Notes under the pieces: generated by a model | Seen by the model: only the letters and a program-made list of their open reading frames with translations | Told to the model about the DNA's origin: nothing | Database searches by the model: none | Shown here: positions 1 to 10,518 of the stretch, piece after piece | Layout of the letters: every line of letters begins with the position of its first letter | Numbering within the stretch: the stretch's first letter is position 1 | DNA from: an uncultured Candidatus Binatia bacterium | Lineage (GTDB): Bacteria; Desulfobacterota; Binatia; UBA9968; JAJDTQ01 | Length of the DNA stretch: 64,000 bases | Assembly: GCA_965215605.1 (NCBI GenBank) | Contig: OZ244070.1 | Coordinates: forward strand, 1,184,001-1,248,000 | Direction of reading: 5' to 3' | Made by a program: the position numbers and the translations under genes

Positions 1-478
1 GGACACACGACTCCTCCACCACCTGCTTGAGATCGTGGACGTTCAGACGGGTGGTATCGATGACGCGGTCCGCGGAATCCCGCATCCCGGTCAACGCCGT
101 TCGTTCGCTGGCGATCCCTTCCTGGACGGAACCGTCGCCCTGCAGCGGATGCGGCCGGCGGGTCTCGTTGAACCGGCGCAGCAGCAGCTCGTCGCTGGCG
201 TCGAGGAAGACCACCTCCACGCGGTGACCGGCGGCGCGGGTGTCCGCCAGCACCTTGTGCCAGCCCTCCATGAACCGCGCGCCGCGCAGGTCGATGCCGA
301 AAGCGGCCCGTTCGATTCCTTCGCGGTAGCCCTGGCACAGGTCGATGAACCTGGGGATCAGCAGCACCGGCAGGTTGTCGATGCAGAAGAAGCTGTTGTC
401 CTCGAGGACCCGCATGGCGGCGTTCTTGCCGGAACCCGACATGCCGGTGATGACGACGATATCAAGCCGGCCATGCAT
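1..478 (-). CDS. rapZ: RNase adapter RapZ (3' end runs off the window)
   Basis: Not in the ORF track. Manual translation from ATG 478 gives MHGRLDIVVITGMSGSGKNAAMRVLEDNSFFCIDNLP...LLRRFNETRRPHPL, with the P-loop, CIDNLP and TRRPHP motifs. Lies downstream of ptsN. Alternative GTG start at 487. Confidence 0.93.
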   Translation of the reverse strand, partial: MHGRLDIVVITGMSGSGKNAAMRVLEDNSFFCIDNLPVLLIPRFIDLCQGYREGIERAAFGIDLRGARFMEGWHKVLADTRAAGHRVEVVFLDASDELLLRRFNETRRPHPLQGDGSVQEGIASERTALTGMRDSADRVIDTTRLNVHDLKQVVEESCV

Positions 479-506
479 GTGCTTCACACGGACGCATCAC
501 GATCCG

Positions 507-968
507 TCAGAGGTTCCGCTCCTTCTCCTCGATCAGATTCACCACCTCCTCGGCGGTCTGGACCTGCATGAGGTCCTCCCTGAGCGATGCGTCCTTCACC
601 AGCCGCGACACCCGGGCCAGCGCGCTCAGGTGCTCGGAGGTCGAACCCTCCGGCGCCACCAAGAGAAAGAAGAGATGCGTGGGCGTGCCGTCCTGGGCGT
701 CGAAATCGACACCCTCCCGGCTGCGGGCGAAGGCGATGTACACACGTTCCAGCCCGGGCAGCTTGCCGTGAGGGATGGCGACGCCCTCGCCGATGGCGGT
801 GCTGCATATCCGCTCCCGGGCATGGACCACCTCCAGCAGCCGCCGCGAATCCTCAAAGCCGAAGTGGCTCGATAGGCGCGTCACGATCTCCTCGAGGACA
901 GCGGACTTCTCCCGTGCCTCAAGGCTGGGGATGACCGCTTCCGCATCCAGAACGTCCGTGATTCGCAA
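507..968 (-). CDS. ptsN: PTS IIA-like nitrogen regulatory protein
   Basis: RERICSTAIGEGVAIPHGK phospho-His motif; located in the rpoN operon. Confidence 0.92.
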   Translation of the reverse strand: MRITDVLDAEAVIPSLEAREKSAVLEEIVTRLSSHFGFEDSRRLLEVVHARERICSTAIGEGVAIPHGKLPGLERVYIAFARSREGVDFDAQDGTPTHLFFLLVAPEGSTSEHLSALARVSRLVKDASLREDLMQVQTAEEVVNLIEEKERNL

Positions 969-1046
969 CCCCTACCCCCTTTGTGGACGGCTGCCCGGGG
1001 CAGCCCGACTGCTCATGTCCGCGCCCGGCGAAACGCCGGCAACGCC

Positions 1047-2489
1047 TCACCCCCGCGCGGCCCGATGGTGGGCGAACGGCTCCCGCCGCCGGGACGACGG
1101 CAGAATCCCGAGCTGCTCGCGGTACTTCGCCACCGTCCGGCGCGCGATGTCGATGCCCACGCCCTGCAACTCGCCCGCGATCTCCTGGTCGCTCAGCGGC
1201 TTGCCGGGATCTTCGGATTCCACCAGCTTCCGTATCCTGTCCCGCACCGACTCCGAAGAGACCACCGTGGCGCTGTCGTTGCGGGGAAGTCCGCTCTGAA
1301 AAAAGAACTTCAGCTCGAAAACGCCTTGCGGCGTGTGCGCGTACTTGTTGGAGGTGGCCCGGCTCACCGTGGAGGGGTGCATGCCGATCTCCGCCGCCAC
1401 CTCGCGCAGCACCAGGGGCTTCAGCCGGGTGACGCCGTGCTCCAGGAACTCGCGCTGAAAGCTGAAGATGCTCTCGCTGACGCGATAGAGGGTCTGCTGC
1501 CGCCAGTGGATGCTCTTGATCAACCAGGTGGCGGCCCGGACCTTGCTCTCCAGGTACTCTCTTGCCTTGCGGACATCTTCTCCCTGCTCGCGGGCCAAAC
1601 GCCGCACCAGCGCGCTCACCCGCAGGGGCGGGACGCCGTCGTCGTTCAGGAGGATGGAGTACTCCCCCGCCACCTCCTGCACCACCACGTCCGGGACAAT
1701 CGTGCGGACTTGGTCGTCGTCGAAGCCGCGGGCCGGCTTGGGCTCCAGGCAGGCGATGAGACGGACCGCTTCGACAACCTCGTCGACGCTGGCGTTCAGA
1801 CTCTCGGCTATCCTGCCATATTGCTTGTATTCCAGTTCATGGAGGTGATGGGCGACCATGTCGACGGCAACGCCGTCCTCCAGTCCGGCATTCCGAAGCT
1901 GCACCAGCAGGCATTCGCGCAGGTCCCGCGCGGCGATGCCCACGGGATCGAAGAGCTGGATGCGGGTCAGCACGTCTTCCACCGTATCGGACGTGGCATG
2001 GGCCAGCGCGCCGATCTCCTCCAAGGACATCTCCAGGTAGCCACGTTCGTCAAGGTTGCCGATGATGACCGTGCCGGCATCCTCGCCGGACGGATCGAGC
2101 CCGGCCATGCGGAGCTGCCACAGCAGGTGTTCCTGAAGCGTCTCTCGGCGGGTGACGGTGTTCTCCAGGGAGGGGAAGTCCTCCTCCTCGCGCACCACTT
2201 CGGGACTCGCCATGTCGTGACGCGAGTTGGCTCCCAGATAGTCCTGCCACTCCGCGATGCGGTCGGCCACCAGCGTTTCCCGAGCCGCATCGGGCTCCCG
2301 GACCATCTCCGGACCGCCGTCGTCCTCGTCGCGGGCTTCCTCCAGGGCGGGATTCTCCTCCAATTCCTGCGAGATCCGTTCCTGGAGATCGAGATGGGAG
2401 AGCTGGAGGAGCTTGATCGCTTGCTGCAACTGGGGCGTCATCACCAGTTGCGGCACGAGTTTCTGGGAGAGCTTGATACCGAGTGCCAT
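1047..2489 (-). CDS. rpoN: RNA polymerase sigma-54 factor
   Basis: N-terminal MTPQLQQAIKLLQL and RpoN box ARRTVAKYRE. Confidence 0.98.
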   Translation of the reverse strand: MALGIKLSQKLVPQLVMTPQLQQAIKLLQLSHLDLQERISQELEENPALEEARDEDDGGPEMVREPDAARETLVADRIAEWQDYLGANSRHDMASPEVVREEEDFPSLENTVTRRETLQEHLLWQLRMAGLDPSGEDAGTVIIGNLDERGYLEMSLEEIGALAHATSDTVEDVLTRIQLFDPVGIAARDLRECLLVQLRNAGLEDGVAVDMVAHHLHELEYKQYGRIAESLNASVDEVVEAVRLIACLEPKPARGFDDDQVRTIVPDVVVQEVAGEYSILLNDDGVPPLRVSALVRRLAREQGEDVRKAREYLESKVRAATWLIKSIHWRQQTLYRVSESIFSFQREFLEHGVTRLKPLVLREVAAEIGMHPSTVSRATSNKYAHTPQGVFELKFFFQSGLPRNDSATVVSSESVRDRIRKLVESEDPGKPLSDQEIAGELQGVGIDIARRTVAKYREQLGILPSSRRREPFAHHRAARG

Positions 2490-2514
2490 CGGGGCGTCCT
2501 GCCTGACAATAACG

Positions 2515-3237
2515 CTACAGCCTGAAACCCTTGCCCAGGTAGACCTCGCGCGCCTTGTCGCTGGCGGCGATATCGCCGGGCGTTCCCTCCGCCAGCACCA
2601 CCCCCTGGCTCAGGATGTAGGCGCGGGTGCAGATCTCCAGGGTCTCCCTCACGTTGTGATCGGTTATCAGCACCCCGATTCCGACCTTGGTCAGCCGTTG
2701 AATGACGGACTTGACTTCCCCCAGGGCGATGGGGTCGACGCCGGTGAAGGGTTCGTCGAGCAGCACGAAGAAAGGCGACAGGATCAGCGCGCGGGCGATC
2801 TCCACGCGCCGCCGTTCGCCGCCGGATAGCGTGTACGCCTTCTGCCCGGCCAGATGGGCGAGGCCGAACATCTTCAGGAGCAGCCGGCTCCTCTTCTCCT
2901 CCTCGTCCCTGCCGATCCCCTGGGTCTCGAGGATGGCCAGCAGGTTCTGCTTCACGGTCAGCCCCCGGAACACCGAGGACTCCTGTGGAAGGTAGCTGAT
3001 CCCCGCCCGCGCCCGCTGGTAGATGGGAGCGGCGGTAAGGTCGGTGCCGTTGAGCGTGACCTTCCCGCCGTCGGCCCGGACCAGACCGATGACGATGTGG
3101 AACAGGGTCGTCTTGCCGGCTCCGTTGGGCCCCAGGAGACCCACTACCTCTCCACCCCGGACGTTGAGCGTGACCCGGTCAACGACCCGCCGGCCCCGGT
3201 AGGCCTTTACGATTCCTTCCGCGTTGAGAAGGTTCAT
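2515..3237 (-). CDS. lptB: LPS export ABC transporter ATP-binding protein
   Basis: GPNGAGKTT, YLPQESSVF, LSGGERRRVEIARAL, LLDEPFTGVDP, ITDHNVRETL. Confidence 0.96.
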   Translation of the reverse strand: MNLLNAEGIVKAYRGRRVVDRVTLNVRGGEVVGLLGPNGAGKTTLFHIVIGLVRADGGKVTLNGTDLTAAPIYQRARAGISYLPQESSVFRGLTVKQNLLAILETQGIGRDEEEKRSRLLLKMFGLAHLAGQKAYTLSGGERRRVEIARALILSPFFVLLDEPFTGVDPIALGEVKSVIQRLTKVGIGVLITDHNVRETLEICTRAYILSQGVVLAEGTPGDIAASDKAREVYLGKGFRL

Positions 3238-3265
3238 CCGACACAACCCGCGTGGCCTCTCCGGC

Positions 3266-3817
3266 TCAACGCTTCAGTTGTCCCGGGAAGATCACCGCCT
3301 TGACGCGCCCCTTGGTGTTCTCCACCACGCTGCGGTCCTCGTTGATGTAGATGGTAATGCGGTCGCCGGAGATACTGTTCATTCCGTCGCGCACGATGGT
3401 GTTGCCGGACACGGTGATGGTCTCTTTCAGACCGTCGAACACCGCCTTGTCGCCGGTCATTTCGCGTCCCGAGTGGTTCACCCGCACCTTTCCCTCTGCG
3501 ACGATACTCTTCAGCACTCCATCCTCGGGATCGTACCGCGCCGACAGGACGTCGCTGGCGATCCTCATCTCCTCCCGCTCCACCAGGACATTGCCCCGGT
3601 ACACGATGACATTCCGCTTGCGCTCGAGCTCCATGCTGTCCGCGGTGATGACCAGCGGCGTGTCCTTGTCCCCGAAAAGGCCGCTGGAATCCCGCTTCCC
3701 GTCTTCGGCCGCCCGGGCGACGGAGACCGTGCCCTGCAGCGGCAGCGACGCCGCAAGGCACAGACACACCAGCCAGCGAACTCCACGAGTCCGGCTCCGG
3801 GCAACGTCTTGTCTCAT
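3266..3817 (-). CDS. lptA: LPS transport periplasmic protein LptA
   Basis: Signal peptide and OstA-like beta-jellyroll pattern (ITADSME, YRGNV, ISGDRITI); lies between lptC and lptB. Confidence 0.88.
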   Translation of the reverse strand: MRQDVARSRTRGVRWLVCLCLAASLPLQGTVSVARAAEDGKRDSSGLFGDKDTPLVITADSMELERKRNVIVYRGNVLVEREEMRIASDVLSARYDPEDGVLKSIVAEGKVRVNHSGREMTGDKAVFDGLKETITVSGNTIVRDGMNSISGDRITIYINEDRSVVENTKGRVKAVIFPGQLKR

Positions 3818-3835
3818 CGGTTCGCGTCCTTTCGG

Positions 3836-4426
3836 TCACCCGGAAGCCTTGGCGCGCCCGAGGCGCCTCGGGTGAATCGTGGTCTTCACGGCGCGGCGAA
3901 GCACCACCGTCTCGTGGGTCAGCGAATAGGTCATGTTCTCACCCTCGAACTCGGCGCCGTCCACCACCCCCCAGACTTTTCCGGGGCACACCACCCGGTT
4001 CTCGGAATGGAGGTAGATGAGCTTGTCGGTGCGGAACCGCGCGGCCTGGTAGGTCATCTCCACCGGACCTTCCAGCACCGCCCGTTCGAGCTGGCCGCCG
4101 GACAGGAAGATGCTCCCTTCCCGGCTGGTGGCTTCCAGCGTCCCGCCGTCTTCCCGGTGGAAGATCAGCCGCGGATGCCGTATGACGGCCCTTTCCTCGC
4201 CCTTGAAGTAGGTAGCCTCGGCTCCCTTCACTTCCCAGGTCTTGCGGCCGTCCTCGATCATGCTCCGGTGAAAGTTCTTGACCTGGACCGCCGCCCCGGG
4301 GGTGAGCCGCAACAGCGCACCGGGGTCGCGGAGCGCCTGCTCCCGCAGATGTTGCACGACCTCGAAGCCCACGAAGACCACCCCCGCGACCATGACCACG
4401 AGTATCAGTAACCGTTTCGACCGCAT
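3836..4426 (-). CDS. lptC: LPS export protein LptC
   Basis: Single N-terminal TM followed by a beta-rich domain (GRKTWEVKGAEA); position between kdsC and lptA. Confidence 0.8.
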   Translation of the reverse strand: MRSKRLLILVVMVAGVVFVGFEVVQHLREQALRDPGALLRLTPGAAVQVKNFHRSMIEDGRKTWEVKGAEATYFKGEERAVIRHPRLIFHREDGGTLEATSREGSIFLSGGQLERAVLEGPVEMTYQAARFRTDKLIYLHSENRVVCPGKVWGVVDGAEFEGENMTYSLTHETVVLRRAVKTTIHPRRLGRAKASG

Positions 4427-4491
4427 GGGTACACTAGTCCGAATAACAAGTCCGGCTTTGCGTGTAAAGCAACGGGCATGGATCTTGCGTC

Positions 4492-4521
4492 AGGTGCGGG
4501 GTCCATAGGTGCGGGGTCCAT
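4492..4521. repeat. Perfect 15-bp tandem duplication (aggtgcggggtccat x2)
   Basis: Read directly in the kdsC-lptC intergenic region. Confidence 0.85.
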
Positions 4522-4547
4522 CCGCGGCCCTCGCCGGCACGCCGGCG

Positions 4548-5120
4548 TCAACGGTCGTATTCCTTCAACAGCGCGTCCCACCTGCCGGTAAGCCGCAGCA
4601 GCAACTCGGCCACCTCGCGCACCGCGCCATACCCGCCCCGGCGGGTCGTGACGTAGTCGGCGTGCGCCTTCAAGCCGTCCCAGGCGTTGTTCACCGCCAC
4701 CGCGAACGCCACCCGGCGAAGCACCGGCAGATCCTGCATGTCGTCACCGACGTAGGCGACCTCGGCGTCGGTCAGTCCGGCCTCCGCCTTGACCTTGTCG
4801 TAACCGCGCAGCTTGTCGGCCACGTTCTGGTAGACCATGTCGATGGACAGGCGCTCGGCGCGCACCGCCACCGCCCGGGAGGCCCGTCCGGTCAGCAGCC
4901 CGACGCGCATGCCCGCCTGTTGCAGCAGCTTGATGCCCTGACCGTCCTGAACGTCGAAACGGGTGACCTCCTGGCCCCGTTCGTCGATCACGATGCCGCC
5001 GTCGGTCAGCACCCCGTCGACGTCCAGCAGCAGCAGCTTCACGGCCCGGACCTTCCGCCGGAGCTCTTCGGCCGCCGGTAGCGCGGCGGGTTCAGACGAT
5101 GCCGGCTTTGAGCAGGTCAT
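4548..5120 (-). CDS. kdsC: KDO-8-phosphate phosphatase (HAD family)
   Basis: LLLDVDGVLTDG, GDDMQD and GGYGAVREVAELLL motifs. Start codon uncertain (overlaps kdsD). Confidence 0.93.
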   Translation of the reverse strand: MTCSKPASSEPAALPAAEELRRKVRAVKLLLLDVDGVLTDGGIVIDERGQEVTRFDVQDGQGIKLLQQAGMRVGLLTGRASRAVAVRAERLSIDMVYQNVADKLRGYDKVKAEAGLTDAEVAYVGDDMQDLPVLRRVAFAVAVNNAWDGLKAHADYVTTRRGGYGAVREVAELLLRLTGRWDALLKEYDR

Positions 5121-6078
5121 GGAGGTGGATGATCCCCTGGGGCCGCTCCGAGTCTCCGGCCTTGATGAAGAGGGAGGTGATCGAGAACTTTTCCATCAGC
5201 GCCACCGCTTCCGCGGCGAGCGAATCGCCGTCGATGGTCTTGGGATCCCGTGTCATGATCTCGACGGCGCGGCGATCCAGGATGTCCGCCCTGCCGTGGC
5301 TCCTGGCGAGACCGCGCCGCAGGTCTCCGTCGGTGATGATGCCGACCAGCGCCGACTCCCCATCGACCACGCCGGTGACGCCGAGCCGCTTGGACGTGAT
5401 TTCCAGAAGGATGTCCGTGAGCGGCGTGTCCTCGGACACCAGCGGGATCTCCTCGCCCCGATGCATCAGGTCACAGGTGCGGACGAGCAGCCTTCGGCCC
5501 AGCGCGCCGCCGGGATGCCTGAGCAGGAAGTCCTCGGTCTTGAATCCCCGGCGCTCCAGCAGAACCACGGCGATGGCGTCCCCCATGGCCAGCGCGGCCG
5601 TGGTGCTGGCTGTGGGCGACAGGCCCAGCGGACAGGCTTCCGCGGGCACTCCGACGTCGAGGATCACGTCCGCGGAAAGGCCCAGGGCGGATTGCGGATT
5701 CCCCGTCATGGCGACCAGCCTGAGTCCCCAGCGCTTGATGAGGGGAAGCATCTTGAGCACCTCTTCCGACTCGCCGCTGTTGGACACCGCCAGGACCACG
5801 TCGTCCCGCATGATCATGCCCAGATCGCCGTGGCTGGCCTCCGCCGCGTGGAGGAAGAACGAGGGGGTGCCGGTGCTGGCCAGCGTGGCCGCGATCTTGT
5901 GACAGATGAGGCCGGACTTGCCGACGCCGGTCACGATGACCTTGCCGGCGCAATCATGAAGGATGCCCACGGCGCGGACGAATGCGTCGCCCACACGGTC
6001 CCTGGCCGCGACGATCCCGCCGATCTCGATGTCCAGCACCTCCTGCGCCTTGCGAATGGCGTCCGCCGCCCCGCCCAT
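5092..6078 (-). CDS. kdsD: Arabinose-5-phosphate isomerase (KpsF/GutQ, SIS + 2 CBS)
   Basis: GVGKSG, EASHGDLG, SNSGESEE, HPGGALG, ITDGDLRR. Confidence 0.96.
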   Translation of the reverse strand: MGGAADAIRKAQEVLDIEIGGIVAARDRVGDAFVRAVGILHDCAGKVIVTGVGKSGLICHKIAATLASTGTPSFFLHAAEASHGDLGMIMRDDVVLAVSNSGESEEVLKMLPLIKRWGLRLVAMTGNPQSALGLSADVILDVGVPAEACPLGLSPTASTTAALAMGDAIAVVLLERRGFKTEDFLLRHPGGALGRRLLVRTCDLMHRGEEIPLVSEDTPLTDILLEITSKRLGVTGVVDGESALVGIITDGDLRRGLARSHGRADILDRRAVEIMTRDPKTIDGDSLAAEAVALMEKFSITSLFIKAGDSERPQGIIHLHDLLKAGIV

Positions 6079-6079
6079 A

Positions 6080-6916
6080 TTACCCGCCTCCGTGGTCCTT
6101 GATCCGGTCGTCGATGTCCTTGACCGTACGCAGCAGCTCGCCCAGGGCGTCCAGGGGAAAGGAGGTGGGCCCGTCGCTCAGCGCCCGGTCCGGGTCCTCG
6201 TGGACTTCCATGAACAGGCCGTCCACGCCCACGGCCGCGCCCGCCCGCGCCAGCGGCGCGATGAACTGCCGGTCGCCGCCCGAGGCCTGCCCCAGTCCGC
6301 CGGGAAGCTGCAGACTGTGGGTGGCGTCGAAGACCACCGGGAAACCCGTCTCGCGCATGATCACCAGCGAGCGCATGTCCGACACCAGGTTGTTGTAGCC
6401 GAAAGAGACCCCGCGTTCGGTCAGCAGCAGGTTGCTGTTGCCCGCCGCCACGACCTTGGCCGCGACGTTGCGGATGTCCCAAGGCGCGAGAAACTGGCCC
6501 TTCTTCACGTTCACCACCCTGGCGGCCCGGGCCACCGCCGTGACGAAGTCGGTCTGCCGGCAGAGAAAGGCCGGAATCTGGGCCACGTCCACGACCTCGC
6601 ACGCCGGGGCGATCTGCTCCGGCTCGTGCACGTCGGTGAGCACCGGGACGCCGAACTGCCGCTTCACTTCCTCGAGAATCCGGAGCCCCTCGTCGAGCCC
6701 CGGACCCCGAAAGGATTCCACGGACGTGCGGTTCGCCTTGTCGTAGGACGACTTGTAGATGAACGGGATGTCGAGGCGCTGGGTCAGCTCTTGCAGGTAT
6801 CCGGCGTGCCGCAGCGCCGAGTCCCGACTCTCGATGACGCACGAGCCGGCGATCAGGGCCAGCGGGCGCCCGCCCCCCACGCGGATGCCGCCGATGGAGA
6901 CCTCGCTGGCGGTCAT
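6080..6916 (-). CDS. kdsA: KDO-8-phosphate synthase
   Basis: [33 protein letters not shown]. True start ATG 6916 overlaps the pyrG stop (ATGA); the 618-aa track ORF is over-extended. Confidence 0.96.
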   Translation of the reverse strand: MTASEVSIGGIRVGGGRPLALIAGSCVIESRDSALRHAGYLQELTQRLDIPFIYKSSYDKANRTSVESFRGPGLDEGLRILEEVKRQFGVPVLTDVHEPEQIAPACEVVDVAQIPAFLCRQTDFVTAVARAARVVNVKKGQFLAPWDIRNVAAKVVAAGNSNLLLTERGVSFGYNNLVSDMRSLVIMRETGFPVVFDATHSLQLPGGLGQASGGDRQFIAPLARAGAAVGVDGLFMEVHEDPDRALSDGPTSFPLDALGELLRTVKDIDDRIKDHGGG

Positions 6917-8571
6917 GGTCTCGCCGAGTCCGCGACGATGCGCATACGCGGGACTTCCTTGACGGACGAACGCCGCTGCAAGGCGGCCCGGATGAAACCC
7001 TTGAACAGCGGGTGGCAGTCCGTCGGACGGGACTTGAACTCGGGGTGGAACTGGCAGCCCACGAACCAGGGGTGGTCGCTCAACTCGACGACCTCCACCA
7101 GGTTGCCGTCGGGAGAGAGGCCGCTTATCCTCAGCCCCTTTTCCTGCATGATCTCGCGGTAGCGGTTGTTGAACTCGTAGCGATGCCGGTGCCGTTCCGA
7201 GATCCGCCGCTTCCGGTACATCCTGGCCGACAGGGAATCGGCGGCCAGCACGCACGGATAGGCTCCCAGGCGCATGGTCCCGCCCATCCGGTCCAGGTCC
7301 TTCTGCTCGTCCATCAAGTGGATCACCGGATGCTTCGTCCCGGGGTCGAACTCCACGGAATTGGCGCCCTTCAGGGAGCAGACATGGCGGCCGAACTCGG
7401 CCACCGCGATCTGCATCCCGAGACAGATCCCGAAGAAAGGCACCTTGTTCTCGCGCGCGTAGCGCACCGCGCGGACCTTGCCCTCGGTGCCCCGGTCTCC
7501 GAACCCGCCGGGTATCAGGATGCCCTGGACGCCGTCCAGGAGCTTCTGGACGTCCTGCTTCTCCATCTTTTCCGCGTCGATGCAATCGAGCTCGACGTGC
7601 ACCCCGTTGGCGATGCCGCCGTGGACCAGGGCCTCCAGCAGGCTCTTGTACGACTCCTTTAGCTCCATGTACTTGCCCACCACCGCGACCCGCACCGATT
7701 CCCCGGCGTTTTTCAGGGTATGCACCGTCTTCTGCCACTTGCGCAGGTTCGGGGCGCCCGTCCACATCTGCAGCCGCTCGACGATCCGGTCGTCCAGCCC
7801 TTCCTGGTGGAGCACCAGCGGCACCTCGTAGATCCACTCCACGTCCTTGGCGGTGATCACCGAGCTCTCGTCCACGTTGCAGAAGCTGGCGATCTTGGAC
7901 TTGAGACCGCGGCTGAGCAAACGGTCGGTGCGGCACAAAAGGAGGTCGGGCTGGATCCCCAGGCCGGTGAGTTCCTTCACGCTGTGCTGGGTGGGCTTGG
8001 TCTTGAGCTCGCCCCCGGGCGCGATGTACGGCACGTAAGTGAGGTGCACGTAGACCACGTTCTCCCGGCCGCAGTCGCGGCCGAATTGCCGTATGGCCTC
8101 CAGGAAAGGAAGCCCCTCGATGTCGCCGACGGTTCCGCCCACCTCGCAGATGGCGATGTCGTAGTCCTCGGCCGCGGCCACGATCCGGCGCTTGATCTCG
8201 TCGGTGATGTGGGGGATGACCTGCACCGTGCCGCCCAGGTAGTCGCCGCGGCGCTCCTTGGTGATGACGGTGTCGTACACCTGGCCGGTGGTGAAGTTGT
8301 TGGCCCGTCCCGTGGTGGAGGAGACGTAACGCTCGTAGTGCCCCAGGTCCAGGTCCGTCTCCGCGCCGTCGTCGGTGACGAACACCTCGCCGTGCTGATA
8401 CGGACTCATGGTGCCGGGATCGACGTTGATGTAGGGGTCCATCTTCAGCAGCGTCACCTTGAGCCCGCGGCTCTCCAGCAGGGCGCCGATGGACGCCGCC
8501 GCCAGCCCCTTGCCGAGGGACGACATCACCCCGCCGGTGACGAAAATGAACTTCTGCCGCAAGTTAGCCAT
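6913..8571 (-). CDS. pyrG: CTP synthase
   Basis: [53 protein letters not shown]. Confidence 0.99.
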   Translation of the reverse strand: MANLRQKFIFVTGGVMSSLGKGLAAASIGALLESRGLKVTLLKMDPYINVDPGTMSPYQHGEVFVTDDGAETDLDLGHYERYVSSTTGRANNFTTGQVYDTVITKERRGDYLGGTVQVIPHITDEIKRRIVAAAEDYDIAICEVGGTVGDIEGLPFLEAIRQFGRDCGRENVVYVHLTYVPYIAPGGELKTKPTQHSVKELTGLGIQPDLLLCRTDRLLSRGLKSKIASFCNVDESSVITAKDVEWIYEVPLVLHQEGLDDRIVERLQMWTGAPNLRKWQKTVHTLKNAGESVRVAVVGKYMELKESYKSLLEALVHGGIANGVHVELDCIDAEKMEKQDVQKLLDGVQGILIPGGFGDRGTEGKVRAVRYARENKVPFFGICLGMQIAVAEFGRHVCSLKGANSVEFDPGTKHPVIHLMDEQKDLDRMGGTMRLGAYPCVLAADSLSARMYRKRRISERHRHRYEFNNRYREIMQEKGLRISGLSPDGNLVEVVELSDHPWFVGCQFHPEFKSRPTDCHPLFKGFIRAALQRRSSVKEVPRMRIVADSARP

Positions 8572-9319
8572 GGCTTTTCCTCGGCTGGAGCCGGTTCCAG
8601 TACGCCTCCGCCCGCTTCAGGTCCTCCGGCGTATCCACTTCCACCCCCGTTTCCACCACGTCCGCCACCCGGATACGGAAACCGTAGTGCAACGCCCGCA
8701 ACTGCTCCAACCCCTCGGTGAGCTCCAACGCCGCGGCAGGCAGGGCGGCGATGCGCGGCAGGAAGTCCCGCCGGTAGACGTAGATGCCCAGGTGACGATG
8801 CCCCCACTGTGCCGGCGCGGCGGCCGGCTCCCGGCGAAACGGTATGGGCGCGCGAGAGAAATAGCAGGCGAAGCCCTGCTGGTCCGTTACCACCTTGACC
8901 ACGTTCGGGTTGAGGAACTCGTCCTCCGAGGCGATGGGGGTGCGCGCGGTGGCCATGGGAACGGCCGGATCCCGCACCAGGCAGTCGACGCTCTTGCGGA
9001 TGGTGTCGGTCCGGATGAACGGCAGATCCCCCTGGACGTTGACGATCCATTGGGCGTCGAGGCCGCCGGCCGCCTCGGCCAGCCTGTCCGTTCCGCTCAG
9101 GTGATCCCTGGAGGTCATCACCGCCTCGCCGCCGAAGGCCCGCACCGCGTCCAGGATCCGCGGATCGTCGGTGGCCACCACCGTCCGGCGCACGAGATCC
9201 GCCGTGGCGGTGCTCTCGTAGACGTGCTGGATCATCGGCTTCGTACCGATCCTGGCCAGCGGTTTCCCGGGGAACCGTGTGGATCCGTAACGCGCCGGTA
9301 TAATGGCGACAACCGACAT
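8564..9319 (-). CDS. kdsB: CMP-KDO synthetase
   Basis: [42 protein letters not shown]. Start placed at MSVVAII. Confidence 0.96.
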   Translation of the reverse strand: MSVVAIIPARYGSTRFPGKPLARIGTKPMIQHVYESTATADLVRRTVVATDDPRILDAVRAFGGEAVMTSRDHLSGTDRLAEAAGGLDAQWIVNVQGDLPFIRTDTIRKSVDCLVRDPAVPMATARTPIASEDEFLNPNVVKVVTDQQGFACYFSRAPIPFRREPAAAPAQWGHRHLGIYVYRRDFLPRIAALPAAALELTEGLEQLRALHYGFRIRVADVVETGVEVDTPEDLKRAEAYWNRLQPRKSHG

Positions 9320-9403
9320 GAGATTGGACGCGATATACGCAAGATATACGCAACGGAGGGGACGCCTCAGACGACGGCGGTCGGCACCGAGAAGCCCGAG
9401 GTC

Positions 9404-9433
9404 ATCATATCCCCGGCCCGTCGAGGCTGTCAA
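9404..9433 (-). promoter_or_regulatory. Putative sigma-70 promoter of the kdsB...rapZ operon
   Basis: Minus strand reads TTGACA-N18-TATGAT, about 85 nt upstream of kdsB. Confidence 0.55.
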
Positions 9434-9593
9434 ATCAAAGTGGGCGGCAACCCTTATAAACTTGCTTTCGGTGCCGATTTTCTATAATGTGCGGGCGCAT
9501 CCTTCGACTAGCCGGGTCGCGGCCTGAAACAGGCGGGCAGGGACGGCTTTTCGCGGATCTGCATGACCGGTTTCCGCCAAAGGAGGAGTGGAG

Positions 9594-9776
9594 ATGGAGT
9601 TGCCGAAATGTCAGAAATGCGACAATGGCACGTTGATCCCGCTATCGGATTACGGTCAGGACGGTGCTTCGGTCATGTACAAGGCGTGGGTCTGCACCAA
9701 CCCCGAGTGCGGCTTCTCCCTCAGGATAGACAAGGGCGAGGTCAGCTACGGGCGCAGGATAGACCTCAAGCGCTGA
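9594..9776 (+). CDS. Small Zn-ribbon-like protein of unknown function
   Basis: CQKC...CTNPEC; strong AGGAGG RBS; TATAAT at 9483. Alternative GTG start at 9588. Confidence 0.75.
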   Translation: MELPKCQKCDNGTLIPLSDYGQDGASVMYKAWVCTNPECGFSLRIDKGEVSYGRRIDLKR

Positions 9777-9779
9777 CCG

Positions 9780-10502
9780 CTATTTCCCTGCCCGGCTCGC
9801 CAGGAAATTCGCCAACCGGGTGACCCCGTACTGAGCCGCCGCCTCGGTGGACCACTCGGCGGTGTCCCTGAAAAATGCCTTGGTCGCCTGCAGCCCCCCC
9901 AGGTCCCGGGCCGCCAGCGTCTCCATCCAGCGCTTCTTCTCGTCCGCCAACCGGTCCGGCGCCACCACCCGGTTCACCAGACCCTGGCGCTCCGCCTCTG
10001 CCGCGCTGAACTCGCCTCCGGTCATCACCAGCTCCAGGGCCTTCTTCCGGTGTATCCACCGGCTCAGGTAGGACATGACGATGGTGGGCGGGAACCCGGC
10101 GTTGATCTCCGGAAACGCGAACCTTGCGTCCTCGGCGGCCAGGGTCACGTCGCTCTGGACCGCCAGTCCGCAGCCGAAGCCGAAGGCCTTTCCCCGGACC
10201 ACGGCGAGGCTGATTCCGGGAAAGGATTGCAGCAGCTTGTTGACCCGGACGATGCGGCCGAGGGCCTGAGCGAACTGGGCGGCGTTCTCGGGCCTGGGGA
10301 CGTCGGGCTGGCGTCCGGAGCAGAAGTGGTCTCCCCTGCCCTCGATGACCAGCACCCGGAGATCCTTGCCGGCCGCGGCCTCCTCCAGCCGCTCGGTCAA
10401 CGCCAGCATCAGCTCGAGGTCCACCGCATTCCCTTCCTCCGGACGGTTCAGGGTCAGCGTGGCGGTGTCGCCCGTCTTTTCCAGCAGGACCTTGTCGGAC
10501 AT
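9780..10502 (-). CDS. Enoyl-CoA hydratase/isomerase family protein
   Basis: LTLNRPE, FCSG, AFGFGCGLA, FAFPE, GLVNRVV. Confidence 0.9.
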   Translation of the reverse strand: MSDKVLLEKTGDTATLTLNRPEEGNAVDLELMLALTERLEEAAAGKDLRVLVIEGRGDHFCSGRQPDVPRPENAAQFAQALGRIVRVNKLLQSFPGISLAVVRGKAFGFGCGLAVQSDVTLAAEDARFAFPEINAGFPPTIVMSYLSRWIHRKKALELVMTGGEFSAAEAERQGLVNRVVAPDRLADEKKRWMETLAARDLGGLQATKAFFRDTAEWSTEAAAQYGVTRLANFLASRAGK

Positions 10503-10518
10503 GGGGCGTTTTCCTTTC

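Noticed and set aside
4474-4489. Sigma-54-like GGCA-N6-TTGC on the + strand
   Set aside because: It points antisense into kdsC with no supported downstream gene; likely chance.
6917-7936. Apparent N-terminal fusion on kdsA (618-aa ORF)
   Set aside because: The extension is an alternative frame inside pyrG; the real start is ATG 6916.
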